DNA of 64,000 bases from an uncultured Collinsella sp. (GTDB lineage: Bacteria > Actinomycetota > Coriobacteriia > Coriobacteriales > Coriobacteriaceae). Below the pieces are notes generated by a model. It did not search any database. It was not told the origin of the DNA and was given only the letters and a program-made list of their open reading frames with translations. Below, in pieces: positions 53,003 to 61,477 of the stretch. Location of the stretch: NCBI GenBank assembly GCA_902490565.1, contig CABUEK010000004.1:18156-82155 (forward strand), given 5' to 3'. A program made the translations under genes and the position numbers. Positions within the stretch are counted from its first letter, which is position 1. Each line of letters starts with the position of its first letter.

Positions 53003-56000
53003 ATGACAAACTACAGTCCACAACACTTTGAGCCTCGGGCCAAGGCCGTCAACGTCAAGGGCGTTGCCAACCGCGCCGTCGCAACCGTTTTGACGGCGGG
53101 CCTCATCGCTCAGCCGCTTATGTCGCCGCTGGCGGCAATCGCCGCACCGTCAACCGGTAACGGCGATTCTGTGCAGGGGGGGGGGTAGTTCTGTAGAGAA
53201 TACCGTTGCCGCCGGTAACCAAGCGGTCGTAAAGACGGCTGCCCAGCTGGCCGAGGAGTCGGCAAAGCAGCTCAAGGACGCTCAGGCCGCCTACGATGCC
53301 GCCCAGAAGAAGGCCGACGCGGCGGGCCAGTCTCAAAAGCAGGCGCAGCAGCAAAAGAATCAGGCCTCGCAGGCCGTGACCGATAACGCCGCCGAGCAGA
53401 ACGAGGCCGAGGTAGCCGCGCTTCAGGAGAAGATCGACGAGCTTAAGGCGGCCGTCGACAAGGCCGAGCAGCAGCAGAAGAAGCTGGGCGACCTGAACGA
53501 TCAGCTCGATCAGGCCAACAAGAGTGTCGAGGATAAGACCCAGGCGCTCAAGGACGCCAAGGCAAAGCAGGATGAGGCCAAGAAGGCCCTCGATGATGCC
53601 CAGGCCAAGCTCGAGGCCATGGGTATGGACGAGTACGAGGCCGCCAAGAAGGCCGTCGAGGACGCACAGGCAAAGCTCGATGACGCCAATAAGGCCGTTG
53701 CTGCTGCACAGGCCAATCTGGACCAGGCCAAGGCCGCCGAGGCCAGTGCACAGCAGGAAAAGAAGGACACTGAGGCCGCTCTGACTTCCGCCCAGGCCAA
53801 GAAGCAGGAGACTGCCGCTGCTCTCGCAGCCGCAACCACCGCGCGCGATAACGCCCAGCAGAAGTTCAACCAGGCGCAAGCCGCGCTCGATGCTGCCGTC
53901 TCGGGTACGGGTGTTGACCTGAGTGCGCTTGAGGCCACCAAGAACGCTGCTGCTGGTGAGCTCAAGACCGCGCAGGCGGAGCTCAATGCCGCGACGGATG
54001 CCGACGCCACCGCACAGGCGAACCTGCAGGCTGCGCAGACTACCGTCACCGCCGCGCAGGAGAAGGCCAACGCCGCCAACGCCGCCGTGGCATCTGCCCA
54101 GTCTGCATATGATGCGGTAAGCAAGGAATACAACGCCGCCGTCAGCAAGCGCGACGCCGCCAAGGCCGCATGCGAGCAGGCCCAGCAGACCGAAGCCGAC
54201 AAGAAGGCGGAGTACGACCGACTCGTCGAGGTCCGTCAGCAGAAGCGCAGCGAGTGGGAGGCGGCCTGCGCCGCTTCGAACGCCGCGGAAAAGGCTTATG
54301 ACGCTGCTAATGCCCAGGTTGAGGCTCTTGAACAGCAGATTGCAGACCTAAAGTCCAACATGACCGTTGACCAGGAAGTCATCAATAAGGGCATGCTCGG
54401 CTTTATGGCCTACATCAGCAACAGCAGCGATTTCACCGCCACACAGAAAAAGAACGCCCAGGATGCCGTATCGATGCTGACCGGTGCTGAGGACAAGGCC
54501 GACTGGTATGACCAGTACGTCGATCAGGATATGTCTCGCGACACCAATCCGCTCTCCTTGGAGCAGATGCGCAACGCCCTGACATATCTCGACACCCAGA
54601 ACAACCTCCGCAAGGCGAACGGTCAGTCGGCGCTCAGCGTCAGCCTCCGTATGACTGCGGCAGCCGCCCTTAATACATCATATTCATCGAACATCTGGGG
54701 ACACTCGAACTGCTACTTCGACAACGGTGAAAACCTTGCTGGCGGAGGCGGCGCATATACCGGCGGCGAGACCGAGGATACCCTCGGCTGGCCCTATACC
54801 GGCCTCTATACTCAGGAAAAGAAGATTTTCGACAAGTATGTAGAGCAGTATGGTGACAAACTCGGCAAATATCGATATGAGTCCTATTACATCTATCAGA
54901 ACTACAACAGCATCTACCACGAGTGCGGGCACTATCTCAACATTATCGATGCCTCTACGAGAGCCATCGGCATCGCGACCGGTAGCGGCAAGAATACCGA
55001 TTCCGAGGTAACCATCTTCGATTACAGCGATGATGACACGCAGGCTGATTTCACTGTCTCCGAGTTCAAGAAGCTCCTCAACGACTACATCGATTCCGCC
55101 TACAATGCGGGCGGCACGCAGGCGCAGAAGGCGCAGCTCAAGGAGCTCCAGGGCAAGCTTGCCGAGGCGCAGAAGAACTTTGGAACTACAAGGGAAGCTT
55201 ACTTCGCAGCTGTAAACGGGCAGGATGCCGCCCAGGACGCTTTCACCGCAGCCGATGTGAACATGAACACCGCCAAGGGCGAGTACGAGAAGGCTAAGTC
55301 CGGCACCGCCGCCGCGAAGACGGCATACGACGCCGCCGAAGCCAAACTCAAGGGTATCGACGTCAAGACGCCCAAGACCAAGCTCGACGCCGCCAAGAGC
55401 GAGGCCGCTACTGCCCAGGCAGCTCTCGATAAGGTAAACGCCACGCTTGCTGACAGCAAGACGAAGGCAGCCGAGGCCGCCGCTCACAAGGCGAAGGCTC
55501 GCAGCGCCCGCGATGCCGCCAAGGCAAAGTCCGAACAGGCCAACGAGGCGTATGACAACGCTACCGCTTCGGTCAAGGACCTTGCCGCCAAGCGCGATGC
55601 CGCCCAGGCGGACCTTGCGAATAAGCAGGGCTCGCTTGACGAGGCAAAGAAGGCCGACGATGCCGCCCAGGCTGGTGTAGACAAGGCCCAGGCCGCAGAT
55701 GTCCAGGCCGCGACTGCTCTTTCGGACGCCAAGCAGGCAGTTGCCGCCAAGACGCAGGCCCTGTCCGACGCGCAGGCCAAGGCCAAGGCCGCCGAGGGCG
55801 AGCTTGCCACCGCACACAAGGCCTTCGAGCGCTTCGCCGGCGCTCAGAAGGCGGTCGACGACGCCAAGGCCGCCTATGACGCTGCCGTCGCCGGTGTCGC
55901 CGATGCCCAGAAGCAGCTCGAGGCCGCCAACGAAGCCGTCGTCGATGCGAACCTCGAGATCGTCAAGGCCAAGGCCGAGCTTGCCAGCGATGAGGCACTC

Positions 56001-56459
56001 AAGGCCGATCTTGAGGCTGTCGACCACAAGGCCTCTCTTGCCGCGGGCACGACGGGTAACGAGAAGCTGGTCAAGCTGAACGCTGCCTACGCTCGCTATA
56101 AGGCCGCCGTCGATGCCGCCGCTGGCCTCAAGGCTGCTCTGAGCGATGCCGATGCCAAGCTGTCCGATGCCAACGACGCCTGTGCCGCCGCGCTTGCCGA
56201 GCTCGGAGATGCCAAGGATGCCCTGGCTGCCGCTCAGGCCGAGTACGACAAGTATCATCCCAAGGCTGAGCCGCAGGCCAAGCCTCAGGTTGCGCAGGCT
56301 GCTGCAAAGGCCCCCGTTGCCAAGAAACAGGCTGCGCCTGCCGCGCTCGCCCAGACTGGCGACAATTCCGCGCTTGCGGGCGAGGTGTTCGTCATCGGCG
56401 GTGTGACGCTCGTGGCAGCGGGCGTGACGCTGGGCGATCGTCGTCGCAAGCAGATGTAG
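53003..56459 (+). pseudogene. cell-wall-anchored (LAQTG) coiled-coil surface protein with central CAP/SCP-like domain, frame-interrupted at a G10 tract (phase-OFF or homopolymer sequencing error)
   Basis: Signal-peptide ORF 53003-53188 stops at TAG right after G10. The downstream frame is open from 53187 to 56459 and ends LAQTG + TM + RRRKQM. G9 or G12 would fuse the two frames. Confidence 0.75.
53176..53185 (+). repeat. poly-G(10) homopolymer inside the surface-protein gene
   Basis: Counted directly: GTGCA-GGGGGGGGGG-TAG. Confidence 0.9.
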
Positions 56460-56526
56460 CGTTTCGAGCGTAGATTCTGCAACGAACTTCGGTTCATAGC
56501 AGGAACGCTTCGATAGCTTAACCGAT

Positions 56527-56572
56527 AAGGCCGGCGCGCTGTTAAACGCAGCGCCCCGGCCTTTCTTTGTTT
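56527..56572 (+). terminator. rho-independent terminator of the surface-protein gene
   Basis: AAGGCCGGCGCGCTG / CAGCGCCCCGGCCTT stem followed by TCTTTGTTT. Confidence 0.7.
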
Positions 56573-56660
56573 CGATATCAAAAAGTCCGGTCAGCAGCCG
56601 CAGAAGCTACCGACCGGGCAAGCCGTAGGCAATATGGTTGCTGTCGAGCAGCTGCTCGAC

Positions 56661-58364
56661 TTAGCCCAGCAGGCTTAAGCCCACGGAGACAAACGCCAGG
56701 ATAACGCCGACGATGGACTCGCCGCCGAGCAGGCCGCTGGCAACGACCAGACCCTGTTCCTGGAAGGCGGCGTCCTTGGCAGCTCTCTCCTCGTCGGAAA
56801 GACCAGCGGTGGCGTCGCGGTGGGCGGACCACTTGTCGTAGGCGAGCTTGACGCAGGAGCCCAGGAATGCCGTGAGTGACATGTAGAACGGCAGGTACAC
56901 GCCCAGGCCGATCATCATGGCCGGAATGCCGAGCCAGTACATGACGATGCCGGCGATAAAGCCGCCAACGAACCACGGCACGCTCGGGATGCCCGAGACC
57001 ATGGTGGCGACGACGCTTGCCTGCGCGGCAACAAAGCTCTTGTCGGGGCCAAAGGCGTCCGGGCCATAGGCGGTGACGAGCGCGACCATGACGGCTGCGG
57101 CGACCAGGGCGCCCACGATGCCGCCGATGGCTTGGCCGATCCATTGCGCACGCGGGTTGGTGCCCAGCACGGCGCCGGCCTTAAAGTCGTTCATGACGTC
57201 GCCCGCAAGGCCGCACGCCACGGCAACGATGCCGGCGATAAAGAACAGCTTGACCTGAGCGATCTGTGCGAAGGCAGCCACGATGAGCATAACGATGAGG
57301 CCAAAGATTTCCATGGGGTCGATACCCGTCTGGCCGCAGCTCTGCGCGCTCATGATGGTGGTGACAAAGGTGAACAACGTGACGATGACGGCCGGAACGG
57401 GGCCAAGGTCGAGCGCGATGGCAACGATTACGGCGATGGCGGCAGCGCCCAGGCCGATGATGCCGGCGTCGAGCTTAAGAGAGCCCGAGATAAGCGACTG
57501 CTCGTCGGTGTCGGTGGAGCTGTCGGCGGCAAGACCGCGGACGATGCCGGTGACCTGCGGCAGGATGTCCTTGAGGACGACGGCGACGCCAAAGCCCATC
57601 ATGAGGCCCATGCCCAGGGACTTGACGATGCCCTGCGCGGTCACAATATCGAACAGGCCAGCAGCGGTACCGCCCACGATGATGCCAAAGTTGCCCAGCA
57701 GGGCGCCGGCAAACCAGAAGGCGACGGGGGCGAAGCCCACGAGGAAGCCGACGGAGAGCAGCATGGGCGAGTTGTAGATGCCAAAGGTCACGCCGGGGAT
57801 GTTGAGCGTGCACAGCATGCTGGGCACCACGCCCAGGGCGTCGCGCAGCACGCTATAGATGCCGGCGATGGCCATGGAGCCAAAGAGCTGCTTGCCGGTT
57901 TTGCCGCCGGCCTCGGTGGCGCGCAGGGTCTGAGCTGCGGCGTTGCCGGTGGGGAACTCAAGCGCGGCGTCCACGATAAAGTGACGGTGGATGAGTGCCG
58001 TGGCCAGCAGGCCCAGGATGGTGCCGGCGAGTGCCACGATAAACATGTCGAGCCAGCTGATCTGGTCGGCATAGCCCAGCATCCAGGCACCCGGGATGGT
58101 AAACGCTAGGCCGCCGGCGACCATGGCGCCCGCGGACATGATGGTGTGGGTGACGTTGGCCTCGTTGAGGCTGGCATTGCCCATGAGCTTAAGGAAGAAC
58201 AGCGAGATGACGGCAGCGAAGACGATCGGCCAGGGGAGTGCGCCCATCTTGAGGGCGGTGTAGGCCGAGCTTGCTGTGATAATCACGCAGCCAAGGACGC
58301 CGATGACGACGCCACGCAGCGTGAGTTGCCCGCGCATCGAAGCACGGTTCGAGGGATTGCTCAT
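56661..58364 (-). CDS. OPT-family oligopeptide transporter
   Basis: About 16 hydrophobic segments, N-terminal RGQLTLRGVVIGVLG... and the overall OPT pattern. Confidence 0.8.
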   Translation of the reverse strand: MSNPSNRASMRGQLTLRGVVIGVLGCVIITASSAYTALKMGALPWPIVFAAVISLFFLKLMGNASLNEANVTHTIMSAGAMVAGGLAFTIPGAWMLGYADQISWLDMFIVALAGTILGLLATALIHRHFIVDAALEFPTGNAAAQTLRATEAGGKTGKQLFGSMAIAGIYSVLRDALGVVPSMLCTLNIPGVTFGIYNSPMLLSVGFLVGFAPVAFWFAGALLGNFGIIVGGTAAGLFDIVTAQGIVKSLGMGLMMGFGVAVVLKDILPQVTGIVRGLAADSSTDTDEQSLISGSLKLDAGIIGLGAAAIAVIVAIALDLGPVPAVIVTLFTFVTTIMSAQSCGQTGIDPMEIFGLIVMLIVAAFAQIAQVKLFFIAGIVAVACGLAGDVMNDFKAGAVLGTNPRAQWIGQAIGGIVGALVAAAVMVALVTAYGPDAFGPDKSFVAAQASVVATMVSGIPSVPWFVGGFIAGIVMYWLGIPAMMIGLGVYLPFYMSLTAFLGSCVKLAYDKWSAHRDATAGLSDEERAAKDAAFQEQGLVVASGLLGGESIVGVILAFVSVGLSLLG

Positions 58365-58556
58365 ATAAAACTCCTTTGCGTATATCCGCTTCCTCCGGGA
58401 GCGCCGCTACGGATACGGCGCGGGAAGTCGGGTTACCAAGGGCCGCCGCGTGAGCTCGCGCGCGACCGCGCACCAGTATAGCCGCAAGCTAGTCATTTTG
58501 GGATGACTGGTTTAGGTAGGCGATATACTGCTGGGCAGACGAAAGGAGCGCCGACG

Positions 58557-59408
58557 ATGCTTAATGGGTGCGCATATATATTGACGGTCGACGTGGGCAA
58601 CACGTTCATTCGCTTTGGCCTATTTGCCGAGGATTCGGCTGCGGCGCAGGAATGTCCGCTTGCGACGTGCGAGATCACGACGCCGTCGAGCATCACGGCC
58701 GATGAGGCTCGTATGAGGCTCGCGCAGGTCATGGGCGCGCTGGCGGCCGATGCGGGCATGCCCGGCGCGCTCGTTCCCGCGGCCGCAGTGCTGAGCTGCG
58801 TGGTGCCGGCGCTCGAGCGCCCGTGGAAGGTGGCGCTTTCCCGTACCTGCACGGGACGCGTGCTCACGGTGGGACCGGGACTTAAGACTGGCATGCCCGT
58901 CCACTACGACGACCCGGCCGAGATCGGCCCCGACCGCATCGCCGACGCCGTGGCGGCCCGTGCCGTCTACGGCTCTCCGTGCATCGTGATTGACCTGGGC
59001 ACCACGACCAATATCGAGGTCATCGACGCGCGCGGTACCTTTGTGGGCGGCGTCATCGCGCCGGGTCTGGCGCTTGGCGCCCGTTCGCTTTCGGCGGCCG
59101 CGGCGCGTTTGCCTCAGGTCGAGCCCTCGGCGCCCACGCATGTGATCGGCCGCAACACGCGCGAGGCTATGCGCTCGGGCGTGGTCTTGGGCGAGGTGGC
59201 CCGCATCGACGGCATGCTCGACATGGTGCTCGCCGAGATGCGCGCGACCAAGGCCGCGGGGGAGGGCGACGTGCCCATCGTCATTACCGGCGACGACGCC
59301 GAGGCGCTCGCGTTGCTGGTCGGCCATAGCCTGACGGTTGACGACGCGCTGACGTTGCGGGGTCTCGCCGAGCTCTACCGCATCAACCAAAAGCCCCGCC
59401 GCGTGTAA
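58557..59408 (+). CDS. coaX: type III pantothenate kinase
   Basis: ILTVDVGNTFIRFGLF and PAEIGPDRIADAVAA motifs. GAAAGGAG RBS before ATG 58557. Confidence 0.85.
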   Translation: MLNGCAYILTVDVGNTFIRFGLFAEDSAAAQECPLATCEITTPSSITADEARMRLAQVMGALAADAGMPGALVPAAAVLSCVVPALERPWKVALSRTCTGRVLTVGPGLKTGMPVHYDDPAEIGPDRIADAVAARAVYGSPCIVIDLGTTTNIEVIDARGTFVGGVIAPGLALGARSLSAAAARLPQVEPSAPTHVIGRNTREAMRSGVVLGEVARIDGMLDMVLAEMRATKAAGEGDVPIVITGDDAEALALLVGHSLTVDDALTLRGLAELYRINQKPRRV

Positions 59409-59492
59409 AGGTGAGGGCGCCGGTGGGACAAACGCCTCCACCTTTCACCTGCTACAATGGGTCAAACTATTGCGATTACGGAGGTGTCTGCC

Positions 59493-60017
59493 ATGTCGGA
59501 CGATCTTCATCAAACTTCGTCAGGCAAGCGCCTGGACGTCATTAGCTGGGACGAGTTCTTTATGAGCGTGGCCATCGCCGCGCAGCGCCGCAGCAAGGAC
59601 CCCAACACGCAGGTGGGTGCGTGCATCGCCAACACCAACCACCGCATCCTTTCGGTGGGTTACAACGGCACACCCTCGGCACTCAACGATGACTTTTTCC
59701 CGTGGGGAACGAGCGACGACCCGCTGCAGGACAAGCACAACTACGTGGTGCATGCCGAGGCAAACGCCGTGCTCAACTACCGCGGCTCGCTCAAAGACCT
59801 CGAGGGTTCCACGGTCTACGTCACGCTGTTCCCGTGCCACGACTGCGCCAAGATCCTGGCGCAGGTGGGCGTGGGCGAGGTCGTCTACCTGGACAATAAG
59901 TATGCCGACACCGATGACGGCCGTATCAGCCGCCGCATCCTCGACTCCTGCGGCATCAGCTACCGCCAGGTCATCGTCGATGTTCAGATTGGTACCGGGG
60001 GACAAGCTCAGCAGTAG
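59493..60017 (+). CDS. comEB: dCMP deaminase (ComEB-type)
   Basis: HAEANA zinc ligand and PCHDCAK motifs. GGAGG RBS before ATG 59493. Confidence 0.85.
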   Translation: MSDDLHQTSSGKRLDVISWDEFFMSVAIAAQRRSKDPNTQVGACIANTNHRILSVGYNGTPSALNDDFFPWGTSDDPLQDKHNYVVHAEANAVLNYRGSLKDLEGSTVYVTLFPCHDCAKILAQVGVGEVVYLDNKYADTDDGRISRRILDSCGISYRQVIVDVQIGTGGQAQQ

Positions 60018-60187
60018 TGCGTGCCAACGCCAGCTGGCGGCAAAACAGCCAAAAGAGCCCCGTCCCAAATTGACTACTCGTGAAAGTCGCGTCTGCGCGC
60101 ATGGACGGCTCGTGAGCGGGTACATGGCTGTAGTAACATAGCTTCTGTCCGCGGGCGCGCCCGCGTTATTGTGAGAAAGGAGCCCCT

Positions 60188-60466
60188 GTGGCTGTTAACG
60201 AAGAGCTGCTTAAGAAGGTTCTTGAAGAGATTCGCCCCAACCTGCAGGCCGACGGCGGCGACATGGAGTATATAGGCGTTGATGACGAGGGCGTCGTCAA
60301 GCTGGAGCTTCAGGGCGCCTGTGCCGGTTGTCCCATGAGCGCCCTGACGCTTTCCATGGGCATCGAGCGTATCCTCAAGGAGCACGTGCCCGGCGTTACG
60401 CGTGTCGAGCAGGTCAATGCCTCCGGCGAGACCGATGACCTGTACGACGAGTATGCGCCGTTCTAA
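60188..60466 (+). CDS. NifU-like (Nfu) Fe-S cluster domain protein
   Basis: LQADGGDMEYIGVDDEGVVKLELQGACAGCPMS CxxC motif. GTG start after an AAAGGAG RBS. Confidence 0.8.
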   Translation: MAVNEELLKKVLEEIRPNLQADGGDMEYIGVDDEGVVKLELQGACAGCPMSALTLSMGIERILKEHVPGVTRVEQVNASGETDDLYDEYAPF

Positions 60467-60575
60467 GAAGTGAAAGCTGCGGGCGATATGCTCCGCATAG
60501 ACGTCACGCCCGAATATGCGGCTGCGAGCGCAAGGCCCGCGGCCGCATTTGTATGTAGGGAGCAGGGGGACCGAT

Positions 60576-61397
60576 ATGCTCAACGACCTCTACCATATGC
60601 TTGATCCCGTCGCCATCTCGGCGGGGCCCATCACCATCTACTGGTACGGCTTGGCCTATGTGGTCGGAGCTCTGCTCACGGCGGTCGTCATGTACCGCAC
60701 GCAGCGCCGTTGGGGTTTTGACATTACGGTCGACGACCTGACGAGTGTCGTGGTCGGCGTGGTCTTTGGCCTTATCATTGGCGCCCGCCTGTTCTACGTC
60801 ATCTTTTACGGCGACGGCTACTACTGGGCGCATCCGCTCGAGATCTTTGCTACCAATGAAGGCGGCATGAGCTTCCATGGCGGCCTGGTGGGCGGCATCA
60901 TCGGCGGCGTGCTCGTGTGCCGCATGTACAAGCTCGACGCCTGGACCATCGCCGACCTTGCCGTTATCGGTGCTCCGCTGGCCTTATGTCTGGGACGCTG
61001 CGCCAACTTTGTCAACGGCGAGCTGTGGGGCAAGCCGACCGATCTGCCCTGGGGCGTGATCTTTGGCGGCACCGCGGGCGATATGCCGCGTCATCCTTCC
61101 CAGCTCTATGAGGCATTCCTAGAGGGCGTCGTGCTCTTCTGTATTTTGCAGGTGCTCAGCCGCAAAAAGCCGCTGCTGCCCCAGGGTACGTTTATGGGCG
61201 TGTTCGTGATGGGGTACGGCATCGTCCGCTTTCTCGTTGAGTTCGTGCGCGTGCCCGATGCCCAGCTGGGTTATCTGCTGGGGGGCGTCATCACCATGGG
61301 CCAGCTGCTGAGCCTGCCACTCGTGATTGCCGGTCTGGCGCTCATCATCTTCGCCCGACACCGCAATCGTCCCCAGCGCATCTACCTCGACGCCTAA
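60576..61397 (+). CDS. lgt: prolipoprotein diacylglyceryl transferase
   Basis: ITIYWYGLAYVVG, GRCANFVNGELWG and RHPSQLYEAFLEG motifs. Confidence 0.9.
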   Translation: MLNDLYHMLDPVAISAGPITIYWYGLAYVVGALLTAVVMYRTQRRWGFDITVDDLTSVVVGVVFGLIIGARLFYVIFYGDGYYWAHPLEIFATNEGGMSFHGGLVGGIIGGVLVCRMYKLDAWTIADLAVIGAPLALCLGRCANFVNGELWGKPTDLPWGVIFGGTAGDMPRHPSQLYEAFLEGVVLFCILQVLSRKKPLLPQGTFMGVFVMGYGIVRFLVEFVRVPDAQLGYLLGGVITMGQLLSLPLVIAGLALIIFARHRNRPQRIYLDA

Positions 61398-61398
61398 C

Positions 61399-61441
61399 CA
61401 AGACCACCACAAAGGGGACAGGCACCTTTGTGGTGGTCTTG
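61399..61441 (+). repeat. GGACAGG-loop hairpin (D-type copy 3), terminator-like, directly after lgt
   Basis: 17-bp perfect stem CAAGACCACCACAAAGG / CCTTTGTGGTGGTCTTG with loop GGACAGGCA. No T-tract. Confidence 0.65.
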
Positions 61442-61477
61442 CCGAGTTTGATAGGTTTCTAGAAAGGCTTTCGGACT

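Noticed and set aside
53118-56258. Several antisense ORFs (53118-53879, 53510-54202 and 54684-56258, all minus strand) within the surface-protein gene.
   Set aside because: They are mirror-image low-complexity frames of an Ala/Lys/Gln repeat gene (Leu/Gly/Ser-rich translations) with no independent support.
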